DNA of 61,829 bases, from positions 670,537-732,365 of the forward strand of contig NMRA01000006.1 in the NCBI GenBank assembly GCA_002633005.1. The letters run 5' to 3'. Both the position numbers and the translations under genes were made by a program. Origin of the DNA: Phoronis australis. Taxonomy: Eukaryota; Animalia; Phoronida. Positions 11,901-23,900 of this stretch are shown here, one piece after another; position 1 is the first letter of the stretch; each line of letters opens with the position of its first letter. The notes beneath the pieces are model-generated. The model saw only the letters and a list, made by a program, of their open reading frames with translations. It was not told the DNA's origin and searched no databases.

Positions 11901-14900
11901 AATAGCGGTAGTCAGTCTGGTCTGTCAGAAAGCAGTCGTCATTGGACATCACCTTCAAAGAAATATACTTGCCAAATTTAACAAAGATCTTGCTGAGGGT
12001 TTAGGACACACAGCCGTGGATACAAAAACAAACCTACCATTAGGGGATGTCACAGCAGATGAAGCCATTGAAAAATAATCTACAGCCGAGTTCTTCCCAA
12101 TAAGAATAAAATGCCAATGTTCATACTGATCCTCAGAGTGGTTTGGTCAATAGAGAGGCAGACGCCACAAAACTATTAGTAAAAATGGAGCAGAAGGTGT
12201 CTTCTCCTTAATAAATACCTATTTGTCAAATTTCATGGAATAATCCAATAAAGAACTCTTAAGATACAGAGGCAAACTGTAAAAACTAAGCTTGTCACTA
12301 GGGGGTACACCGCTAGTCACATCCATCCGACAATGGACTCGAGCCGTCACATCCATGACAGGAACACGTCTGCAAAATCCATCCATTGGAGATACAACAG
12401 ACGCCAGACATGATGCGCCCACATAATGGGTGCATAAATGATTAGTCATGCTGGACGTTGCAGGATTCTGGTGACCGCTTTAACACAGGACGCACACTTT
12501 GTCGTAGTTAAGATTGTTGCACATTAGATAACCACTGGCTTATTAATAAGTGGTTTATACAGATGGATGTAAGATGAAACTATAGGCAATGAGTGAAGTC
12601 ACATTAACAGCTTCGTCATGATAGAAACAGTGATGCCTTCATGTAAACATGTGTCTATGACTGTTAGCTATGACAACGCACAGAAATGAGCTCCTGTGAC
12701 CCACTTTACCAATGGTCATAAGTCCCGTCTTACGCAAGATGATTGTAACTTTGATTACATTAAATTTGCACAAAGATTAAAGCGGCTCACAAAAGCGGTA
12801 TAAATATGAAAAATTATCAACTTATCCTCAATTGCAACTTAAAATATTCAAAAATCCAGGGTCGCATATGCAATAATATGTCTACAACCACTTTAGTTAT
12901 GACCAGGCATACAAACCTTCAAAAAACAGGTCACTGAATAAATCTTTTTAATATTAATTGGCCAGGAGTTTTATACTTCTGTTAGAATATAGCATCAAAA
13001 ATTACTTACATTCTTTAACACTGGTTGACAAATCTTTGGTTGTGGCCTTATAACATCCCATACATGACATGGGGGTGTGGAACTCAAAAACAGATTCCTC
13101 CTCTGAACTACTACGGCTACGCATAAGGTCGCTGTATGTGGATAAGTCTGAAAAAGAAGGCATTGTCAATGGGAGTTTCTAAAAATAGGCCCTTGAAATG
13201 TACGCCTACAGGCCAGCAATCTGTGCGAACAATTTTCAAACTACAGGCATACAGGGTAACTTTTGGAGCCTGAACTTTTATTGTTAATGCTTCACTTGGT
13301 TTGTAAGCTAGTGTAAGAAAGAGCTTGCATAATTTATTTTAAACATGTACAGAGCTTGCATCAAGAGATATCATGATATACTTTTTAAAATTAATATTTA
13401 CGGTTCCCATAGTTGGAAACAACCCCGAGTCTATATTTGGTGCAAACCAAGCTGCAGTGTCAATGTAGATAACACATACATCACGGCTAACTTTGACAGA
13501 AGCATTCTCTTACAAATTTCAATATAAAAACTTGCTGGCACAATGAAACATCAAAGCATTAAAGACGCAATGAAATTCACAACTCACAGAAAGGAAAAAA
13601 GTAAAATTAAAGCTGATTTTCCTTAAAGTTCTGATATGGCAAATAATCTTAAAGGCAAAAAGCCAATCTTTATCACCTGTGTCATTGCGTGACTTCTGTT
13701 CACAAGGCAAATAGCACCTAGTGTCTTCACCTTCTTGTACCTATGTGACAAACAACAGTCAGAGGAAGTTACAGTCAGCAGTAATGATGTGTGTTAGAGT
13801 GACAATCAATAGGCGCTTCCAGAATTCAACTTTTTGATTCGCGGAGGTAGAAAACCAGCATTGTGTGTTTGACCTGGATTTCGCAAGTAAAGCTAATATG
13901 GAGCATTAAAGTGACGAATGCAAATGAAGGGCAGACGCCCAACTAAAGTGTGGGTAAAAAGACTACAGAATCAGAAAGAACACCGAGGAATTTCAAGAGG
14001 AGGCCATTAAGTCAGTATCTTGGAGTATCTCAGCAAGGTTTCACAACATCTTGTAGTTTAAAAAACAAATCAAGAATACCTCTCCATAATAAAACTCAAC
14101 AGAATTTCAGAGCAGCTAGCAGTGGCGGATCTACATTTTCAGCAAGGGGGGGTTTAGGATTCCCGCCAAGGTCGAATCGTAGGCGCGTGGCGCCGAGCGG
14201 GGGGAGGTCGGGAGGGGGGTTTCCCCTCCCGTGTAAGTTATTTTTTTGTTTTTGTAACCAAATAGTGAAATTTCCATGCATCCTGGTAAGTTTCTGGCAC
14301 TTAACATGTCTCTGGAGTTTTTCTTAGGATAATTAAAAACCCTTCTAGATTTCGTCACATGAACTTGGCACATACGTTTCGTGATACCATATTGTGCACA
14401 TNCCCAATAGTGTTTCACAGTATTATTATATTAAATAACGTTGTAGAATCACTTTGAGGTGGTCGTGCAATAACATCATTTCTAAAATCTATTGGACAGG
14501 TTTACTAAACTATAGTCAGTTACTTCACCGGTCACTTTCAGGTGTCACAGCATTAGAATGAGCCTTGGGACCTAGTATACTCATGCTGGCCAACTTTGGA
14601 ATTGTGTTTATTCTTGGATTTGAACAAAGAACCTTTCAGTTGTCAGTGCAGCACTCATAACTCCTAGACCACACAGTTACTCATCAGCTTGTGTATTAAT
14701 AACATTAACAGCTGTGTCTTTATGTCTATCAAAACATGGGTCTAAGCTCTGTTCACTGTCACTTGACACAACAAACAACATGAGCATGTAATCAATTATT
14801 CCTATAGCCCGACTTGCATCCCCTATTTATTGTCAACCTTCTTTAGTGTATTACCGCACAATACAGCAGAATTTCACATCATCACATCTCTCACGAAAAG

Positions 14901-17900
14901 AAACTTTAATAAAATTATACTTCACTAGAGCTAACCCTGTGGGCATGTAAGTCAAGGGATATGTATATTCATGGAGGCAGCTATTACACTGGCTTTTTGT
15001 TAGAGAATAAGTTTAGAATGGAACTGAAACAAGTCACTGTGAGACCGACTTTAAAGCACAGCTGCCATAAAAACGTTTTAACAAAATGTTGAATATCTGA
15101 AGTAAAGCAATCAATTTACTGCAAACTTACCAGTGTCTATCTGTACCAAACCATAAAGCCAACACAAAATCGAAAAAATGGCAATGTTTGAAGTATTACA
15201 GTGCGTACCTGATCACACCCGCTCTGTAGTCCAGACTGTGTGTCTTCAGTGATGATATGTCGGGTTCACCAATGCTTGATGTTTCAGGAGTCAGAATATC
15301 CGACTCCTTGTCCACACTGGTGGTTCGTTGTCGCTTCAATGTCTTAAGTACGGCTAGTCCATGTGCATCACGTACTGATGTGTAGGGTATGCTTACATCA
15401 ACACTAGACATGACAGGGTTGGAATGCCTCTTTCGTATACTCGGCGTACGCTGCAGGTTGGCCAGTTTCCTCATTAATACTGAAGGGTGCACCGTGCGCA
15501 CTGCGGCGTCCGATGTCTGGTGGGTCAGCGAGATTTGGCTGGGTATGGGGGTCAGGCCGGGTTCAGCGTGCGTACGGCATGCAGAGTCATTAGAACTGAT
15601 GAAGCCACTTGTGTTCGAGTCTGTGTTGAAGCTGTCTGAACGGCTCTTACTATAGCTGTCATAGCTACTACTGCGCTCATTCTTAACACTACTGCTGCGC
15701 TGTTTAAGACTGAGGAACTCTGACGGGCTGCTGGGCATTTCCTGCTGACTGATACTGCGGATCCTCACCAGTCGCTCTCTAGCAGACTTCACAGCAAGTC
15801 TATCACCGGTGTTACCTTCCTCATTCTGAATCCCTGAATCAATCCTCGTGCGATACTCTTCACTCTTGTCCACCTGCTGACCAATAGCCACGTGTGTCAT
15901 GTCAACAGCCACCACCTCCTCCTGTGCCTCAGTTACACCCACTTGGTCGTCCACCTCACTTGTGGAGTACACCCTGACCTCTTTCCCCTCAGGGATACTG
16001 TTCTCTCTTGATTTCAAGCTCCGTACTGTACGTCTCTGTGAGCAGTCCGACCCCGACCTGCTCCGAGCTTCTCCACCATCTCCCATGACAAAGCAGGCAG
16101 TCCTAGCTGGACTGCCTTGAGCTAAAACATTAGGCTCACTTTCCAGGCTGGCACAGCTGGCATAGGACTGTGTCTCCTCAGTGAAGTCTTCAGTCACAAA
16201 CTCATCTTCATGCATTACAGGCCACAACTCATGGTGGTTGGTCAATACCGACTCCCAGCCATACTCTTTCAATAGTCTGGCACCTTGAGGAGTGGACGCA
16301 ATGAGGCCCAACGAATAGAACGCAGTACTGAAGAGGAAATACAACACCACATTATACGCAGTATGGGTTCATTCATATTATCATAAGTCTGCAGTGAATT
16401 GCATGCACTCCATGTAAACAATTCTCAACTAATGAGCGTGTATCCAGTGAAGTGTTTATGCACTGTGATAAATGCTCTCATGTCAATGATACACTTCTCT
16501 GCAGTGTTGCATAGAACGTGCACACATCATGGTGACAATCTCCATTATATTCTGAACAACTGTCATGTTGACTACTTTTCTGTGAAATTGACATTTCCCC
16601 TTCAAATTTCGAACTTAAAATTGTTAGGTCATTTATCTATTAGTGACCTTCATAATAGCCAATTGTGCAGCAGTAGTGGTGACCTACTTCGCTCAGCACA
16701 CAGGAAAAGAAGTAGTAAGTCTGAATAGAGGCTCAACAGTATAAAGGTTAACATTCTTCTCTGCCAGTACTTCGGGAGCAAGTTTTCGGATATACAGCAT
16801 TGATTAAACGCACGACACTTTTCATTGTTGACAGTCTTTATTCCATTGCATTCATGTCTTCGGAACAACTCTACTCTCAACTGAACATACTAGTTTCATT
16901 TTCTCTTGTTCAGTTGAGAGTAGAGTTTTGTTCTGAAGGTATGAACGTAATGGAATAAAGACTGTCAACAATGAAAAGTATCGTGCGTTTAATCAATGCT
17001 GTATATTCTTCTCTGCAGAAATGTTACTAAGTAGGTCTTACTTCACAGCTCAATTTTTGTGCACAGTCACAAAATTAAATCAAACTAATTGACACTCACC
17101 AATGTGTGAAACTGTGTATCCCAAGGTAACGATCGTATTTCAGATCGAAGCAAAGTTCACGTCACGTGATGGGTGACAGTTGAAAGCAGGTGTCATTACA
17201 TAGCATATAATTTATACATAGCAGACCCTGATAATATGAAGTACGAAGCACAAACTGGTCCACTCAATAACACAAATCATACACTCAGTAACACACTACA
17301 GAACGAACCAATCCATAACTCCTGTAGTATCCCATACTAACAAACCTACCCTCGGATAGAGAACACTGCACTCTCCTCAGCTAACTTGATAATTTCAGGC
17401 ACAACTCGCTCCTCTCGCAAGAGGCTGATGCCCCAGAATGACGAGCCAATGTGACCCTACAATAATGTCCAACAGTTTTAATTAGATTCAAGTCAATACC
17501 AGAACTATAGGACAGTTGTATGCTACTGAAAGCATTGTCAAATTTGTGTAAAGCATACCCTTATTACGTTACTTTTTCAAGCTTATATACAAAATTTAAT
17601 TTACAAGGAAAGTAATCTCAAAAGTGCTGAAGATTATAATAACTAGACAAATGGTACTCAATTTCTGAATACTACAATACATGCCTAAAATAATCAGACA
17701 GAATGACCTATAATTCCCAGTCATGACCGCCAAGTGCACTTCAAGTTCAGTGTAGTAACTAGAATGACCTGTCATGACAGAGAAATGGTTTTATGTCTGA
17801 TTACTATTGGGATAGAGTGTAACTAGTATTATAGCATTTGTTTTTCAAAATGTTGGCAGCAGTAATTAACTGAAGTGACATCAACATTGTTCAATAGAAG

Positions 17901-20900
17901 CTCATTTGGACAAGAAGAATGCAAAAATAACGTCTGTGACACAAAGTGTCTTCTGCTGCATCTAACAACCTACCACAGCCCAGAGAGCAGCCTTAACCAT
18001 GAGTAGGTCCTCCTCAGTGTGAAGGGGGTGTGCCCTGACACAGGTAAAGTACTCATGTAGGTACGACTGGCTGTTTAGCAGATTGAAGCCATCTTTATGT
18101 TGTACAAGCTGCCCATACAGGTGACTAGGCAGGTAGACAGCCTTCCGGGGACGTCTGAAAATGGCAAAGGTGGGGAAAAACTGATGATTTCATGGAGAAC
18201 TTATTATCAGCACTGCTTATCGTGCTGCCAGTCTGGGACCCAAAGATGACCTAAACTAAGAACTCCTAACCATCTAGAAAGGGGTTAGATGTTGAACACA
18301 ATTAGGCTATGAAATTTACTACCCTTAAGTATCTAATGCTTTAGTATAAAAATAGAGTTAGCAACTGAATGGACAAAAGGTCTTGTTTCAGTCAATGCTA
18401 GAACAGTGATGGTAGTGCTAGAATGGCTGCTTTTGATGTAATTTGCATGTTCTGTCAGGTGACCAGACTAATAAATTTGACTGGTTCTTGGATGAGGACT
18501 TTCGGCTTACAGACCAATCAAATGTCTTAGCTGTTTGACCCTGCAGACCTTGCGAGGTCAATCATGTGCATCCATTGTCACCTCATCTCATCTCTCTGAA
18601 TGCTTTCAGACAATGATGCCCAAGCAGCTTACTTGTTGGATGTCCGTCGTCTATAAGAGCCATCGTAAGATTTTTCGTAAGTAGTCAAGGCTTCATACAA
18701 CATCTCCTCAACTATCTTCACATACTTCAAGTTGAATGTCTGACATGAAAGAAATGGAGAAATAGAGCACAATTATTAAGACGCGAACGTGAGCTTGCCT
18801 GTTAAAATATGAAAAGCATTAGTTGAAACAGTGTAAAAATTTCCAAAAGCATGGTGCACTTGATGACTTAAAGCCCACTGATGAAAGCACAACTCCTGAA
18901 TGATCCAAGAGTTTTATGAAGTATAGTTTACAATTTCCATAATTTTTTTCTGTCACAAAAAAATAGACATGGAGTAATATTTGATTAAACCAGTTAAGCC
19001 AACTGAATGCAAGCGCTGACAATATGGCTCACAGCAGGAGGGGTTATCTCATTAATTGACTTTCTGAGTCTTTTTCCTTTTCCACAAAGTTCCCATGCAT
19101 GGTCTATTAGTCAACTTCCATGTTTTTCATGAAGTGTGGGAACCATGCATGTAAATGAACTGGAAAGTACCAACAAAGAAACAGACACAGCAATATTGAA
19201 AACCTGTAGTGAAGTGATGAGATACACTATAACCACTTTATACCTTATGGTGAAGTGATGACATACACTATACCCACTATATACCTTATGGTGGTGATGA
19301 GATGCATTATACCCACTATATACCTTACGGTGAAGTGATGAGATGCATTATACCCACTATATACCTTATGGTGAAGTGGTGAGATGCACTACAACCACTA
19401 TATACTTTATGGTGAAGTGATGAGATGCACTACAACCCTATATACCTTATGGTGAAGAGATGAGATGCACTATAACCACTATATACCTTATGGTGAAGTG
19501 GTGAGATGCATTATACCCACTATATACCTTATGGTGAAGTGATGAGATGCANGATGAAGTGACGAGATGCACTATAACCACTATATACCTTATGGTGAAG
19601 TGGTGAGATGCACTATAACCACTATATACCTTATGGTGAAGTGATGAGATGCACTATTCCCACTATATACCTTATGCCACTTCTCTAGCTCGTGGCTGAC
19701 GTAGTTAGCATCTGTCAGGAACTTGAAGCCTGTTGGTACCGAAAAGAACCTGGCTACCAACATGGTGCCCTTGTCACCAAGATGGAGGAAAGAAGGACGC
19801 ATCTGGATCAGTGACAACAGGTTGGCCTAAAGAACAAGACAAGACTAAAACTGTGTAGGGCTGTAGGAATTTCCAAATTTGAATACCTTTAGAACACCAT
19901 ATCTCAGAAACGGCTAATCGCAGTAAACAGAACTTTCAGATACAATGCTTCATGGACTGGCTTCCAAAACGATTAGGAATAATTGTTTTTAAATCTTCCG
20001 CATATGCATGAGGTGCTATCAAAATTAGGAGTTTATGCAGTTACTGATGGATTGATAAGAAGTCAAAAATCAAAAATCAAATCCTACAGGCTTTCTACTT
20101 TCATTTAATATGTATACTGAATAAATGAGTTGAAATCCATAGTTAAGTACTTGGCTAAATACAGACTCGTTGATGAAGATCCCACCAGTGCTGCCTCTCA
20201 CCAAAATTGAAAAAAGTATCCACGCTGTCATAAAAAAGCATAATTTTCTATAACGGCTGGCGATGATTTTCAGACGGCTCCAACTGCTGTGGCGCCTCCT
20301 AGTGGCAGCCATTTTGCATCCATGACTGCATCTCCTACACCCTCTGAAGGATTGTTATTAAATTTCTAATGTGTATTTATACGAAGTTGGCAACCGTTGA
20401 CAATAACTTTCAAATGGATGTAACTAAGGCTGTGCCTCCTAGCGGCAATTTTTTGTGTCTTTAAAGTTCCTTCATGGATTTTCATGAAATTTTGTAAATA
20501 GGTTTCTATTAAAGAGGCAATGACATAAACCCACTTTCAGATTTGAAGTAGTGCGTGCCACGCCATTGCTGTTTTTATAATTTTTGAGTCTGTTTTTGGC
20601 GTACTTCACACCATTCTAAAGATGATTATAAAAGTTGCCATATATGTTCCTAGAGGAAAGGAAATGGCTGGCACTTGGAGAAAGTATAAGGTATGATTTT
20701 CACCAAAAATAAAAATTGTAATACATTCAAAAAGTATAAAGTGGCAGTACTGTCCTTCATAACCTACACGAAGGAGAGACTGAGGAATGACTAGACCAAA
20801 AACAAAGTTAACACAATATGAGAAATATCCATAACACTTGTATCATCACTTAAAACACTGGTAAGATGGCAAATTATAAAATTGTACAATATAAATCCCC

Positions 20901-23900
20901 ATGCAAATTGAATCACCTCTTCCTCGCAGGCCTCGTCTATGACAGCTAGAGCTTTCATGGCCACAGGTCGACACTGGTCATAAAGTTGAGTGACTAGCAG
21001 TTCCATGGCCCACGTACAGAAGTACGGTACACGCGCTCGCAGCAGCACACGGAAGAAACCAGCAGTGTAGAGCCGAGCAGTCTGTAACAGGGACACAATT
21101 GTTGATAGTGAAATGAGTCTGCTTCACACGTGACTAGTCTCATAATATGTCCGTTAATGAAACATTAAACAGACAGCATGTGCTTCAATAGTGTTCTTAT
21201 TACTGAAATAAGACGGGATACCTCTGACTGACTGAAATGGACAGCTTCTCAGTAATCCATCGAGAGACAGTGCATTACTATGGACCTCAAAAAAGATAGC
21301 AAGACATGATAAAATGCAGGTTAGTGAAATAACTTTGGTGAAATATTATGCAATAATTCATGCCATACACTCGCTTACACGTGGTTTATGCAAACACAAG
21401 CCATACAGCATACACAGAATTAACACTCTAGTGTGCAAAAGCATTGCCACACACAGATAAGTTCAATATACTTCCATGTTATACACCATGTACAACTTTT
21501 GCACTCGACCAAGTGTTTATCACATACAAAATGATACCACAAGGCTACTGTAAACAGTACTTGCCTCTGATGTTGCGGTAAGTGCCTTTGATAGAATGAT
21601 TCTTGTAAGGCCAGACTGGGTGTAGTCCAGTGAGGACACTATCAACTTGACATAACAGTCATGTGAAGTGATTGTGACAAGGTCCAAAAGGCTGAAATAA
21701 AGGCAAGCGAATGGTAAAGAGTGGTTTGTAAACAAATGGAGAGGCTTCTGAAAAGAAATAACTTTAAAACAGTATTCCAAACATTGTCAACTGTGTGATT
21801 TTTAGATGTCAGTAGATTGATTTAAACATAACACAGTCTCATTTATCTCGTTAGCGACCAAAGAAACTGATTTCACAATAACTAGAAATATTTTGCAACT
21901 CATGAATTATTCAAACAAAACTAGGGAGTGCATTTTCAACCAAGAATGTGTGCAAGTTGATCAGTAGACATTGTCCAAAGAGGCACTTATAAACTGTCAG
22001 GAGATAGGTTTCTGCAGAGACAAACCCCTGTCAATGAGCGTTGTGATAAAATATCTTCTTTTTATCAAATAAAGTCATCAATTTCTCTTTCTACATCTTA
22101 AATTTGCTAATTTACAAAACATAATAATGCAATACAAGCCATCTCTTACATTTGTAGTAGTCCTGCTTTTTCCAACAACTTTGTGCCCTTTTGTGTCGAA
22201 GAGAATTTTCCGATGAACAAAAAGTAATCTTGAGCTAAAGTGTTCATGATCTTGGATACACTGAAGGTGGCGTCCAATGGAGCACGTTGTTGTCGCACCT
22301 ACAAGTTCAGAGGTCAACAGGTGGTCATACAGACAAGTCAATATTATGGCACATAAAGTACAGATTTGGGTAGTTGTCCCAATGTAAAGAGTGGGTCACA
22401 GCAGCTGTTCCAATGTGCCCTTTAATAATACAGCTGGTAATTTGCATTTCACAAGGTGGCACCACTGGCTACAAACTCTCACACAAGAAAACCAAGCATG
22501 TCTCATGTAATATACATCTTTGAAGTACGGTGACATTCTCAATTAAAAATATCAAAGTTTAATCATTTTCATAGAACTGAAACACCATATAACCATTTTG
22601 AAGAAATATGAATTTTTCATCATTAAAATACTAATCAAGTTCAAAACTGTAACATTTTCCACACAAAAGAAATTGCCAACTTTTTTCTGACAAGTTGAAA
22701 AACCCACAACAAATGTTAGGGGTATTACCACTGTCAACAACTAAAGCAAATATTCAATTTGTGTGTTTCAATACTTAGGAATCGTCTAAAATGACTCATA
22801 GCAAAGAAAAATGTCATCTTCTAAAAAGTTGAAGGTTGCCTTTTGCCCACTCACCTCCATCAAGCAGGTTGACAAGTCTGACAACAGGTCATCCAATATA
22901 CTGTTACACTCAGAGTCATCACGCTCTAACAGGAAGTCAATCAACAGAAGGCCAACGTACGAGAATGTCTGGGCAGTCTCACGGTTCAGTTCAAGTGCAG
23001 AAAACAGTCGATTTGAGGGCTTGAAAAAGAACGCCAATCTGCGGATGAACCTGGAAGACAAAGATTACAACAGTGAGGTCTTGAGAGCAAAGGCATTTAC
23101 ATCATTCATACTTGGACTTCATCTATATAAAAAGAACACCATCATGTTCATTATTATGTTTGCTAAACATGCAAATTCCTAGTTACCTTAGAACCTAGTC
23201 ACACAAAGGACGTTGTTAGTACCATCCCATAAGTGGGACAAAAACTGAGTGGGAAACCATTGAGCAATGAACAATCTTAGTAAGAATTGTGTAAATAGTG
23301 TATTTTCACATCCATCCATCCCATGTCGGCTCCATCAATACATGAAGACAGTATCAGACAGGGCCCTGAGAGACATACTCTCCTGGTCTTTATTAACTAA
23401 GTGTGCAACAATTGTATCAGTCTAACAACGAGATTCTGGAAAGGGACTGCAGAAAAAGGATGTGAGTAATTCAGAGCTGTGATCATCTCAGTAAACCCAT
23501 TGTTACTCCTTGGACATACCTTAAATTATTCTGATCATCCATTTTCTTCAAGCTGTCATCAGACCACTATAAAAAAATATTCATGTTCTGTTTAACCAAA
23601 GAGCCAACACAGGCAGTGTGTAAACATTATTATAATGTTAATATTTAAAAAATAAGCACAGAAAGAAAATCTGGTCAAATGAGCAAGGACGTTGAAATAG
23701 AACTTTGTCTGTTTCATTTAAATCTTAATGTAGATCACAACTCAAGCCAAATGAGACGAGGCATCTCTCATTGACAACATGATATTGAATTTTTGCGAAT
23801 GAAACAAAATATAATTATAAAACAATTGTCTAGCAAATTTGTTCACATTAGGACTAAAATTTGCAGAATTGCTGTCCGAAAAGCAAACACATGTACACCG

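Noticed and set aside
14895-14992. Candidate for the missing RICTOR exon (reads ...TYMPTGLALVK...)
   Set aside because: The GLAL match is short and lacks the following Pro, the acceptor is weak, and the available donors do not give a convincing phase 2-to-0 exon.
19208-19676. Regularly spaced repeats as a CRISPR array (also 31009-31204 and 36325-36598)
   Set aside because: Units are contiguous with no unique spacers, there are no cas genes, and the context is a eukaryotic intron; these are minisatellites.
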